DNA of 64,000 bases from an uncultured Chthonomonadaceae bacterium (lineage in GTDB: Bacteria > Armatimonadota > Chthonomonadetes > Chthonomonadales > Chthonomonadaceae), in contig CAWIEK010000012.1 in assembly GCA_963835065.1 (NCBI GenBank), forward strand, positions 25,761 to 89,760. The letters run 5' to 3'. Below are positions 32,066-41,475 of the stretch, in pieces (position 1 is the first letter of the stretch; each line of letters starts with the position of its first letter). The position numbers and the translations under genes were made by a program. Below the pieces are notes generated by a model that made no database searches, was not told the origin of the DNA, and was given only the letters and a program-made list of their open reading frames with translations.

Positions 32066-34558
32066 ATGATTCTTCGGTACGCTTCCCGGCTGCTGCGACA
32101 CGCCTTGCCTCCCTCCCTGATGGCGCTGTTATTTTGCGGCCTGCTTCCGCCGCTTTGGGCGGACATTCCCGCCGTGCCCACACAGCACAACGACAACGCC
32201 CGCACCGGGGCCAACCTCCAGGAAACGATTCTGACGCCCGCCAACGTCAAGTCAGCCACGTTTGGCAAGCTGTTCGTCCGCGCGCTGGACGCTAATGTAA
32301 ACGGCCAGGTGTTATATGTGCCGCAGCTGCGCATTAACGGCGCAATTCACAACGTTATTTTTGCCTACACTTCCAACAATGCCAACAATTCGCCGTGCAG
32401 TCTGTACGCCTTCGATGCGGACGACCCGGCGGCTTCCGCCCCCCTCTGGCGGCATCAGTTTACCAATTCGGCGCAATGGACGCAGTGCGCGCCCACCATT
32501 GACATTGCCAACCAGATCATCTACGTTCTGACCAAAGACAACAACGACAATGGCGCGACCCGGATGCGCGCTCTCGACCTCCTGACCGGCGCGGAAAAAA
32601 CCGGCAGCCCGATTACCGTTGCCGCTTCGGTTCCGGGCACGGGCGATGGCAGCGTCAACGGCGTGGTTTCTTTCGACACCTCCCATGCCAACTGCCGCCC
32701 CGGACTGCTGCTGCTCAATGGCGTGGTGTACTGCGCCTTTGCGCACAACTCCGACAGTTTTCCTTATCACGGCTGGATTTTCGGCTACCATTACGATGGA
32801 ACGCAGTTCACGCAAACAGCCGTTTTCAACACGGCTCCCAACGGAGGGCTGGACGGCATCTGGCAGGCGGGCAAGGGGCTGACCGCCGATGTGAACGGCA
32901 ACATTTATTGCGCTGTCGGCAACGGCACGTTCAATCCCGCGAGTGGCAGTTATGGCATGTGCTATCTGAAACTGAGTACGCCCAACCTGACGGTTCTCGA
33001 CTGGTTCGCCCCTTACGATGAAAAGCCGCAAAGCGACGCTGATCTCGATCAGGGCAATTCGGGCCTTGTCGGTATTCCGGGAACCAACCACTTCTTCGCC
33101 GGAGCGACCAAGTTCGGCTCGGTCTTTCTGCTCGATTCGACCAACCTGGGCGGCTTCACGCCCAACGGCCCGGACAAAGTGGTGCAGCGGCTGAACGGCA
33201 TCAGCAACAACGACAATGTGGGGCAAAACTCCATCGGCTGGGACGCGGGAACCGTCAAATATATGTATCTGTGGCCGAGCGGCTACCAGGCGCAGCAGTT
33301 CCGCTACGATACCACGCAAAACCAACTGAACCCGGCGGGCATCTGGAAACAAACAGGGGCCGCTTCCAGTGGCGGCTCGCTTGCCATTACCGCCAATGGC
33401 AATATCAACGGTATTTTGTGGGCGGCGGGCAATAACGGCGTGTTTCATGCCTTTGATGCCACCGACTTGAGCAAGCCCGAACTGTGGAACAGCAGCCAGA
33501 ACAGCGCGCGCGATGCGCTCGGCTCCGTGGGACACTTCCAATTCCCGACCGTTGTAAACGGCAAAGCATACGTGCCGACCGGTTCCGCAACCATTGCCGT
33601 TTATGGCCTGCTGCCTTCCGGCACCGTGTCAGTCGCCAATGGCAGCTTCGAGACGCCGAGCATGGGAAACGCCAATTACCAGTACAATCCGGGCGGCGGC
33701 AACTGGACGTTCACGGGCGCGTCGGGCATCCAGAGCAACGGCAGCGCGTGGGGAGCGCCTGCGGCTGCCGATGGCGTACAAACCGCGTTTTTGCAGGGCT
33801 ATACCGGCGGCCCGCCTGCCACCATCAGCCAGAGCATCAACTTCCCGGCTGCGGGCAACTACACGCTTACCTTCCAGGCGGCGCGGCGCTACGGACAGGT
33901 GCAGCCGATCCAGGTCAGCATAGACGGCGCGAATGTGGGCAGTCCGCTCACCCCGGCAGGCAACGGGTTCCAGACGTTCACCGTCACCTTTGCCGTCAAT
34001 TCGGCAGGCAACCATACGCTCATGCTGGCAACCACCAGCAGCGCGGTTGACGTCACGACCTTCGTGGATCAGGTCAGCCTTGTCAGTTCGGCTCCGTCCA
34101 TCGCAATTACCAACCCCAGTTTCGAGACGCCGAGCATGGGAAACGCCAATTACCAGTACAATCCGACCGGAGGCGGCTGGACATTCGCGGGTAACAGCGG
34201 CATTCAAAGCAACGGCAGCGCCTGGGGCGCGTCCAATGCGACGGATGGCGTACAAACAGCCTTCCTGCAAAGCGACCATCCCGGCAGCATCAGCCAGAGC
34301 ATCAACTTCCCGGCTGCGGGCAACTACACGCTTACCTTCCAGGCGGCGCGGCGCTACGGACAGGTGCAGCCGATTCAGATCAGCATAGACGGCGCGAATG
34401 TGGGCAGTCCGCTCACCCCGGCAGGCAACGGGTTCCAGACGTTCACCGTCACCTTTGCCGTCAGCGCGGCAGGCAACCATACGCTGGCGTTCTCCGCTAC
34501 CATCAGCGCGGGCGATGTGTCCAGCTTTGTGGATCAGGTCGTTCTCACTTCCCAGTAG
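32066..34558 (+). CDS. Secreted PQQ-like beta-propeller protein with two C-terminal carbohydrate-binding-like repeats
   Basis: TQHNDNARTGANLQETILTPANV, FGKLF, YHGW, GIWQAG, PTVVNGKAYV; two ~155-aa repeats beginning N.SFETP. Confidence 0.75.
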   Translation: MILRYASRLLRHALPPSLMALLFCGLLPPLWADIPAVPTQHNDNARTGANLQETILTPANVKSATFGKLFVRALDANVNGQVLYVPQLRINGAIHNVIFAYTSNNANNSPCSLYAFDADDPAASAPLWRHQFTNSAQWTQCAPTIDIANQIIYVLTKDNNDNGATRMRALDLLTGAEKTGSPITVAASVPGTGDGSVNGVVSFDTSHANCRPGLLLLNGVVYCAFAHNSDSFPYHGWIFGYHYDGTQFTQTAVFNTAPNGGLDGIWQAGKGLTADVNGNIYCAVGNGTFNPASGSYGMCYLKLSTPNLTVLDWFAPYDEKPQSDADLDQGNSGLVGIPGTNHFFAGATKFGSVFLLDSTNLGGFTPNGPDKVVQRLNGISNNDNVGQNSIGWDAGTVKYMYLWPSGYQAQQFRYDTTQNQLNPAGIWKQTGAASSGGSLAITANGNINGILWAAGNNGVFHAFDATDLSKPELWNSSQNSARDALGSVGHFQFPTVVNGKAYVPTGSATIAVYGLLPSGTVSVANGSFETPSMGNANYQYNPGGGNWTFTGASGIQSNGSAWGAPAAADGVQTAFLQGYTGGPPATISQSINFPAAGNYTLTFQAARRYGQVQPIQVSIDGANVGSPLTPAGNGFQTFTVTFAVNSAGNHTLMLATTSSAVDVTTFVDQVSLVSSAPSIAITNPSFETPSMGNANYQYNPTGGGWTFAGNSGIQSNGSAWGASNATDGVQTAFLQSDHPGSISQSINFPAAGNYTLTFQAARRYGQVQPIQISIDGANVGSPLTPAGNGFQTFTVTFAVSAAGNHTLAFSATISAGDVSSFVDQVVLTSQ

Positions 34559-34626
34559 ACGCGACAACACGGCTGCGGGAAGTTATGCGCTCCTGACAGC
34601 ATCCGAGCGGCCAGGAACACTGAACA

Positions 34627-34662
34627 GAAGCCGGGGCAGACATTTTTGCCTGCCCCGGCTTC
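34627..34662 (+). terminator. Hairpin terminator
   Basis: gaagccggggcag...ctgccccggcttc after the stop at 34558. Confidence 0.65.
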
Positions 34663-34852
34663 CAAATTTGCCTCTTCCAAAAATGCCCTCCCCTACTGCA
34701 ACAAAAATGTACCCGTAAAATGACGTGAAATCTGCATGACTGCCTGCATGTGGCGGGTAGTTATGATATAATGGCTAGATACCGTTCAGCCTCGCTGCTA
34801 AGAACACAGCCTTACGCTTGACTCCATTGTTGTCGCTTTATTCCAATACACC

Positions 34853-37699
34853 ATGAGGAAATCTATGACTCTTTTCACTCTGCGAAGTCGGCTGCTTGCC
34901 TGTCTCGCGCTGACGGCGGCAATGTTTGCCGCTGCGCCCCGCGCCCAGGCGCAGCAGGCGCGCTATGTTCCCGGCGAGTTGCTTGTCGGCGTGGCGGAAG
35001 AGCGGACGCTGACACCGATGCAGGTCGTCGGCATGATTCCGCAATTGGAACAGGGCATCGGCGTTGTCATCAGCCACCATGACGCGCTTCATGCCTACCA
35101 TCTCCATCTGAACCCCGGCGTTTCGATGGCAGACGCCATTGCGCGTTTGAAACACCGGCCCGGCGTGTTGTACGCCGAACCCAACTACATTCGCCATACC
35201 TGCGCGGTTCAGCCCAACGATCCCCTGTACGTTCCCTATCAGTATGGCCCGCAGATCGTCAAGGCCCCCAATGCCTGGAGCATCTGGAAGCCCAAGCGCC
35301 AGGTGGTGATCGCTATGGTAGACACGGGCATCCTCAATACGCATGAAGACCTGACTAACAAAATCCTGCGCGACAACAACGGCATCGTCGGCTTCAACGC
35401 TTTTTCCGGCTTACGCGACGACGCCCTGGATGATCAGGGGCATGGCACACATACCGCCGGCATCGCCGCCGCGCAAAGCAACAACGGCAAGGGCGTCGCG
35501 GGCATTGCCGGCTGGGACGGAAGCGCGGGTTCCGATACCACGTTCGTCAAGCTCATGCCGGTCAAGGTGCTGGACAGCAACGGCTCCGGCACCGATGGCA
35601 CGGTGGCTTCGGGCATCACCTGGGCTGCCGATCATGGCGCGAATGTCATCAGCATGAGCCTGGGCGACACACAGTATTCCAGTACGCTGGATACGGCGGT
35701 TCAATATGCCTATGCCAAAGGCTGCGTGATTGTGGCCGCAGCGGGCAACAACGGGGACTATACCCCCTTTTACCCGGCGGCCAACGCGAATGTGATTTCA
35801 GTCGCCGCCACCGACAACACAGACACGCTGGCTTCGTTCTCTACGGCGGGACCCTGGGTGATGGTCGCCGCGCCCGGCGTGAACATTATGTCTTCCGTAA
35901 GGGACGGCACCTACAACTACTCAACCGGCACGTCTATGTCCTGCCCGCACGTCGCCGGGGAAGCCGCCCTGCTGCTGTCGCAAAACGCCACGTTGACCAA
36001 CGATCAGGCAACCTATCTGATCCGCAACAATTACGATCCGTATAACGGCAATGGCCGGACGATTTTTCCGAACTCCGGGCGTATCAATGTCGGGGCCGCG
36101 CTTGCCAATATCGGCTCCGTGCCTGCGCCCAATCCGGGAACGGCCTCCTTTGTCAAGGTGGACACGCAGACGCAGGGGAACTGGAAGGGCGTTTACGGCA
36201 GTCAGGGCCGCGACATATTCTTTGATTCCCTCAGCCTGCCCGCCGGCATCAAGGAGTCGGCTACGGGAGAACTGCCCTGGATCTGGGACAGCAATTCGGG
36301 TTCGCAGGCGGCGCTGCAAACCGGCAGTGGAAGCGGGCGTATCGCGGGCTGCAGCTACGATTACGGCGTGGAAATCCGTGACATCAACATCACGGACGGG
36401 CAAACGCATCAGGTGAGCCTGTACTGCCTGGATTATGACAACTTGCAGCGCGCCGAGACGATTGATGTACTGGACGCCGACACCAATACGGTTCTGGACA
36501 CTCGTTCCCTCAGCGGCTATCAAAACGGCGCGTACGTGTGTTGGAACATCAAAGGCCACGTCAAGTTCCGCCTGACCAATACGGGCGCGGGTCCCAACGC
36601 GGTTTTCAGCGGCATCTTTTTCGACGCGCAGAACACCGGTGGTGGCGGTTCGACCGTCGCTTCCGCCACGTTCGTGAAAAGCGACACGACTTCGCAGGGA
36701 ACCTGGAAAGGCAAGTATGGCGCGGACGGTTACAACATCATCAATTACGCCGCTTCCTATCCCGGCTACGCGACTGTCAGCGCGAGTGGCAACGCCACCT
36801 GGACCTGGGACTCCTCCACATCCAACCTGCCCGCCCTGCAAAAACCGGATTCTGCCACAGACCGCTTCTGCGCCTGCTGGTACTCCGGCACAAACTTCAT
36901 CGTAGACGTGAACCTGACGGACGGCAACACGCATCAGGTAACGCTGTACTCCACAGACTACGACGCTTACAACCACTGGAATCGCGCCCAAACGATAGAC
37001 GTACTGGACGCCACCACGAACGCGGTTCTCAGCACGCAAAGCATGAGCAACATGCAAAACGGCGTGTACATGGTGTGGAACATCAAGGGACACGTCAGGT
37101 TCCGCCTGACCAATACGGTTGCCGGACAAGGACCCAACGCGGTTCTCAGCGGCCTGTTCTTTGACGCGGCAGGCGGCGCGCGCACTCCGCCGGCAGCCAC
37201 CTTCGTCAAAGCGGACACCGGCACCTCGGGTTCGTGGAAGGGCGCGTATGGCTCGGCGGGCTACAACATCGTCAACCTTGTCGCCAGCTTCCCCAGCTAT
37301 GCCAGCCTCGCGGTCAGTAATCAATCCACCTGGACCTGGGACTCGTCCACTGCCAACCTGCCCGCCCTGCAAAAACCGGACTCGGCCACAGACCGCTTCT
37401 GCGCCTGCTGGTATTCCGGCACAAACTTCATCGTAGACGTGAACCTGACCGACGGCAACGCGCATCAGGTAAGCCTGTACTGCGTGGACTACGACGCTTA
37501 CAACAACTGGCACCGCGCCCAAACCATCGCCGTGCTGGATGCGGATACCGGCGCGGTTCTGGATACCCGTAACGTGAGCAACATGCAAAACGGCGTGTAC
37601 ATGGTATGGAACATCAAGGGACACGTCAAGTTCCGCCTGACCAACCTGGTTTCAGGCTCCGGCCCCAACGCGGTTTTGAGCGGCGTGTTCTTCGACTGA
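34853..37699 (+). CDS. Secreted S8 (thermitase-like) serine protease with three C-terminal ~175-aa repeats
   Basis: Catalytic triad VDTG / GHGTH / GTSMSCPHVAG; AAAGN; propeptide YAEPNY; repeats FVK.DT...G.WKG.YG...NAV.SG.FFD. Confidence 0.93.
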   Translation: MRKSMTLFTLRSRLLACLALTAAMFAAAPRAQAQQARYVPGELLVGVAEERTLTPMQVVGMIPQLEQGIGVVISHHDALHAYHLHLNPGVSMADAIARLKHRPGVLYAEPNYIRHTCAVQPNDPLYVPYQYGPQIVKAPNAWSIWKPKRQVVIAMVDTGILNTHEDLTNKILRDNNGIVGFNAFSGLRDDALDDQGHGTHTAGIAAAQSNNGKGVAGIAGWDGSAGSDTTFVKLMPVKVLDSNGSGTDGTVASGITWAADHGANVISMSLGDTQYSSTLDTAVQYAYAKGCVIVAAAGNNGDYTPFYPAANANVISVAATDNTDTLASFSTAGPWVMVAAPGVNIMSSVRDGTYNYSTGTSMSCPHVAGEAALLLSQNATLTNDQATYLIRNNYDPYNGNGRTIFPNSGRINVGAALANIGSVPAPNPGTASFVKVDTQTQGNWKGVYGSQGRDIFFDSLSLPAGIKESATGELPWIWDSNSGSQAALQTGSGSGRIAGCSYDYGVEIRDINITDGQTHQVSLYCLDYDNLQRAETIDVLDADTNTVLDTRSLSGYQNGAYVCWNIKGHVKFRLTNTGAGPNAVFSGIFFDAQNTGGGGSTVASATFVKSDTTSQGTWKGKYGADGYNIINYAASYPGYATVSASGNATWTWDSSTSNLPALQKPDSATDRFCACWYSGTNFIVDVNLTDGNTHQVTLYSTDYDAYNHWNRAQTIDVLDATTNAVLSTQSMSNMQNGVYMVWNIKGHVRFRLTNTVAGQGPNAVLSGLFFDAAGGARTPPAATFVKADTGTSGSWKGAYGSAGYNIVNLVASFPSYASLAVSNQSTWTWDSSTANLPALQKPDSATDRFCACWYSGTNFIVDVNLTDGNAHQVSLYCVDYDAYNNWHRAQTIAVLDADTGAVLDTRNVSNMQNGVYMVWNIKGHVKFRLTNLVSGSGPNAVLSGVFFD

Positions 37700-37732
37700 C
37701 GCTCACCCGACACCCGACATTCCTGTCAAACA

Positions 37733-37783
37733 CAAGCATACGCCGCCTTTCTTCTGCAATGGAAGGAAGGTGGCGTATGCTTG
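37733..37783 (+). terminator. Hairpin terminator
   Basis: caagcatacgccgcctt...aaggtggcgtatgcttg. Confidence 0.65.
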
Positions 37784-37947
37784 CCTGCGCAATTTTCCGT
37801 AATAATAAACTCTGCGCCGTAACATACGCGGCGGAGAAGTGTCCAACAAAAAGTGACAAATTCTCCGTTTAGCGTATATAATAAAGACTGACTATCCAAC
37901 TTCGTTCAGCAGGAACCCATCAGGAACCAAATTGTGGAGCGTGGAGC

Positions 37948-38404
37948 ATGGTTGCAGCAAAACGGCTGAGAATTTTAGCGGGAATAGTGGTTTATAGCGC
38001 TATTCGGCATGAGCGTCGGCGTACATGCGCAGGACAAAGTGACCACTCCCAAAGTCGGCGACCCCATCCGCAAAGCGCTGTTCAATGCCATGCGCCCCGC
38101 GTTTGAAAAAGATTTGAAGCAAAAGGTCATTTTTCAGGTGGACGTTCTGAAAATGCTGAATGGCTGGGCGTTCATCACAGGCAAGCCCCGGCAGCCCGAT
38201 CAGTCGCCCATCAACTACAAGAAAACGCGGTATCAGGCCGACATCAAAGAAGGCGCGTTCGACGACGGGTACTGCGCCCTGCTGCACAACACCAACGGCA
38301 AGTGGAAACTAGTAACGTATGAAATCGGCGCAACCGATGTCGCGTATGCCGGATGGGCAAAACAATACCATGCGCCCAAAGCCATTATTCCTTATAATGA
38401 GTAA
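37948..38404 (+). CDS. Secreted hypothetical protein (signal peptide probably frameshifted near 37995)
   Basis: ORF 38009-38404 (TPKVGDPIRKALFNA...IGATDV). An upstream ATG at 37948 with GGAG begins a signal-like sequence in another frame. Confidence 0.65.
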
Positions 38405-38518
38405 GCGTTAGGCGCTTTGCTTTCGCCTACGCAAAACCCGTGTGTCGCAAAAACATCCAAACACGCAGCACCTAAAACCCTAAAACCGTATTCACCTGCA
38501 TCACGGGGAGACCAGAAC

Positions 38519-39995
38519 ATGCTATCTATACCGGGCAACCATCATCGCGATTGTGACGGCATCACGCGCCGCGAACTGCTGCGCATCGGCGGCGCGGGCA
38601 TGTTGGGCATCAGCCTGTCCACCATCCTGGAACTGGAAGCCCACGCGGATAAAACCGCCATCCTCCACAAGCCCAACGGCAAAAACGGCTTCGGCGCGGC
38701 CAAGTCCGTGATTATGATTTATTTGCAGGGCGGGCCGAGCCACATTGACATCTGGGACCCCAAGCCCGACGCGCCTACCAACGTGCGCGGCGACTTTAAG
38801 CCCATCAAAACCAACGTGCCGGGTATCTGGCTGTCGGAAGTGATGCCGCTTCTGGCGCAGCAGATGGACAAGGCCACGCTGATACGCTCCGTTTCCTACA
38901 CGCCCAACGGCCTGTTCAACCACACCGCCGCCATGTACCAGATGCTCACGGGCGAGCAGGCGGACAAAGTCTCGCCCTCCGGCCAGTTGGAGCCGCCTTC
39001 CCCGACGGATTACCCGAACTTAGGCTCCCATATCGCCAAGTTTTTGCCGCCGGATGTGCCCATGCTGCCGTTCGTGATGCTGCCGCGCCCTCTGCAAGAG
39101 TCCAACGTTATCGGCAAAGCGGGTACGGCGGGATTTTTGGGCAAAGCCTACGACCCCTACTATCTGTTCCCACCCGGCGCGGATACCGACGCGCTGGCAA
39201 TGGACAAAATCAAACTGGACGATCTGACTCTCCGCGCCGACGTGTCCAAGTCCCGGCTGGAAAACCGCGCCAATCTGCGCAAAGTGATTGACGACGGCAT
39301 GCCGGAACTGGAAAAAGCCGTCAGCAGCTACGCGCTCGACAGCTACTACGACAAGGCGCTTGGGCTGATATTGTCCGGGCGGGCGCGCAAAGCCTTTGAT
39401 TTGAACGAGGAACCGGCCAAAGTGCGCGACCGTTACGGACGGCATGTGTTCGGGCAATCGTGCCTGATGGCTCGCCGCCTGATCGAAGCCGGAACCCGCT
39501 TCGTGCAGGTGAACTGGCCTTCGGTTGCCAATGGCGACCCGAAAGTGACCGCCTGGGACACCCACGCCGCTAACTTCGGGCCACTGAAAAACCTACACTG
39601 CCCCAAACTCGACAGCGCGCTTTCCGGCCTGTTGGAAGACCTGCACCAGCGCGGGATGCTGAAAGACACGCTCGTCCTTGCCATTGGCGAGTTCGGACGC
39701 TCGCCGCGCCTGGGCGTGTCCACGTCCGGCAACGGCAACGCGCCGGATGGGCGCGACCACTGGCCGTACTGCTACACGGCGCTGATCGCGGGCGGCGGCG
39801 TTCCCGGCGGACGCTTGTACGGCAAGTCCGACGCAACAGCGAGCAGCCCGGCGGAAAACCCGGTGCATCCGACCGACATTCTTCGCCACCATCTACCACG
39901 CGCTCGGCATCTCGCCCGACACCATCATCTACAACCATCTCAACCAGCCCCGCGAACTGGTCAAAGGCAAAGTCGTCACCGGCCTGTTCTCCTAA
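38519..39995 (+). CDS. DUF1501 domain protein (Tat-like leader); frameshift near 39880
   Basis: [53 protein letters not shown]; true C-terminus [11 protein letters not shown]...GLFS* lies in another frame. Confidence 0.9.
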
Positions 39996-40019
39996 TCGCT
40001 TTGCCTTTAGCACAAACGC

Positions 40020-40056
40020 CGATGCGCCTCGCAGAAAATTTCTGCGAGGCGCATCG
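40020..40056. terminator. Bidirectional hairpin between convergent genes
   Basis: cgatgcgcctcgcagaaa-a-tttctgcgaggcgcatcg. Confidence 0.75.
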
Positions 40057-40072
40057 TAACGAGTTCAATCCG

Positions 40073-40435
40073 CTAATTTTTCTTTTGTTCCAAACGTGTT
40101 CGCAGTTCTTCATTTTCGCGCTGCAGCGCTTCCAGTTGTTCTCGCAACGTTTTGTTCTCTTGTTCCGCCTGCGAAGCGGCGGGAAGCAGTAAATGGTCCG
40201 AACGCAATATGATGTTTTCCAGACGCAGGCGTTGCATTTCGCGCTCACTTTCCGCTTTTTCGCGGTCACGCTGGAACTCGAAAGTGAGACGCTGAAAAGC
40301 TTCTGTCAAACGATCTACTTTGTGATTTAGAGCCTTCATGTCTTCCCGCAGTTCTTTGATGTTTTCCTTGCCCTGTTGAACATCACGGGTGAGCGTAATG
40401 ACTTGCTTCACAAAGTCAACAAGTTGGTTTGCCAT
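40073..40435 (-). CDS. Coiled-coil hypothetical protein
   Basis: 120 aa, heptad-rich, 3 bp downstream of the partner ORF. Confidence 0.7.
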   Translation of the reverse strand: MANQLVDFVKQVITLTRDVQQGKENIKELREDMKALNHKVDRLTEAFQRLTFEFQRDREKAESEREMQRLRLENIILRSDHLLLPAASQAEQENKTLREQLEALQRENEELRTRLEQKKN

Positions 40436-40438
40436 TCT

Positions 40439-40660
40439 CTAGGAAGCCCTCTGAAGCGCATCTAACTGCGCTTCAATCTGCAGGAGAAGTTGATCGGTGT
40501 GCGCGGAGATAATACGTGTTTCCGCCTTCAAGCGATCAATATCGGCTTGATCGTTTCGCATTCGTTCCTGAAGGCTGTCGAACTCTTGAAAAAATAGGTT
40601 TAGAACTGTTTCCTGCTCGGTTTCGGCAGGCGACAAGGGCTGTGTCATCATATCGCTCAT
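40439..40660 (-). CDS. Small coiled-coil hypothetical protein
   Basis: GGAGGTG RBS upstream; helical sequence. Confidence 0.65.
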   Translation of the reverse strand: MSDMMTQPLSPAETEQETVLNLFFQEFDSLQERMRNDQADIDRLKAETRIISAHTDQLLLQIEAQLDALQRAS

Positions 40661-40753
40661 AGAATTGCACCTCCGCTTGTGGCATCATGCAGAATTATGA
40701 TCTGCATTCCCCTTCATTATACACCGGAACCTTGCCATTTCGGGAAGGTTCAG

Positions 40754-40825
40754 TAGACCTCTTTCATAAGTCTGCTCAATGAGATGGGGATCGTAGTGTT
40801 CGCAAGGACTTATGAAAGAGGTCTA
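40754..40825. mobile_element. 72-bp MITE-like element
   Basis: tagacctctttcataagtc ... gacttatgaaagaggtcta, a perfect 19-bp inverted repeat with terminal TA. Confidence 0.6.
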
Positions 40826-41082
40826 TTACAAGCCAAGCAGGGCGAACGCATCTAAAATGATCAATAACTATCAAGCTTTGGTGACTGCGCCCTGACCTGC
40901 GCCAGCCCTTTCCCTGATTACCAACTCCAAAAATCAGAAAAACAGGCAAAAAACCTGCAACCTTCTCTGTACAACAGCCGTCAAAGAACGTAAACGCACG
41001 TCTACTAAGCACTCAGGTGGCGGGACGTTGAATGTTCACAGTTCCTAACAACATAACAACGAACAACCTGACAACCTAACCC

Positions 41083-41227
41083 GGAAGGGAGGTGCAAGAT
41101 GATGCCTGTATATACTCGTCCGCCTTAACCATGCGGAGGTCACCACGCCTCTCCTTACAATTTGACACAACGAGACACCGGGCTGGAAGCGCTGCATTGC
41201 CAAGATTTCGACGCTGTCTCTACATAT
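41083..41227 (+). repeat. Dispersed ~145-bp repeat, copy 1 (candidate structured RNA)
   Basis: Homologous to the reverse complement of 62188-62333. Confidence 0.8.
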
Positions 41228-41347
41228 TTTCCTAATCTTTAGCCGCGTTCGCCCTGCCAACAAAGATAAAGACGGCGGAAAGTAACAGACTGGCGGGTAG
41301 AATGAGGAAATTGTTTTTCATTTTTAACCTGCTATAAGCAGGCGAAC

Positions 41348-41448
41348 ACTGTCTGAACCATGATTTTTATGATTTCAGGATTAAGTATGATTGAGGATAC
41401 GCGCCATCATGGTAATCCTTTAATCACATAAATCATGGTTCAGACAGT
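41348..41448. repeat. 101-bp palindromic element with 19-bp terminal inverted repeat
   Basis: actgtctgaaccatgattt ... aaatcatggttcagacagt; interior gatt/aatc units are also complementary. Confidence 0.85.
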
Positions 41449-41475
41449 CTACCTGGGGAAGGCGACGCGCACGGC

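Noticed and set aside
33640..37699. Diversity-generating retroelement TR/VR pairs in the internal repeats
   Set aside because: No reverse transcriptase in the window; the repeats are whole in-frame domains and the differences are not adenine-specific.
39880..40192. C-terminal extension of the DUF1501 ORF to 40192
   Set aside because: Frameshift product; the family-like C-terminus ends at 39995 in another frame, and the extension crosses a terminator.
41045..41263. Conserved small protein encoded by the dispersed repeat (with 62155-62355)
   Set aside because: Indels break the frame between copies and the substitutions are not synonymous-biased in any open frame.
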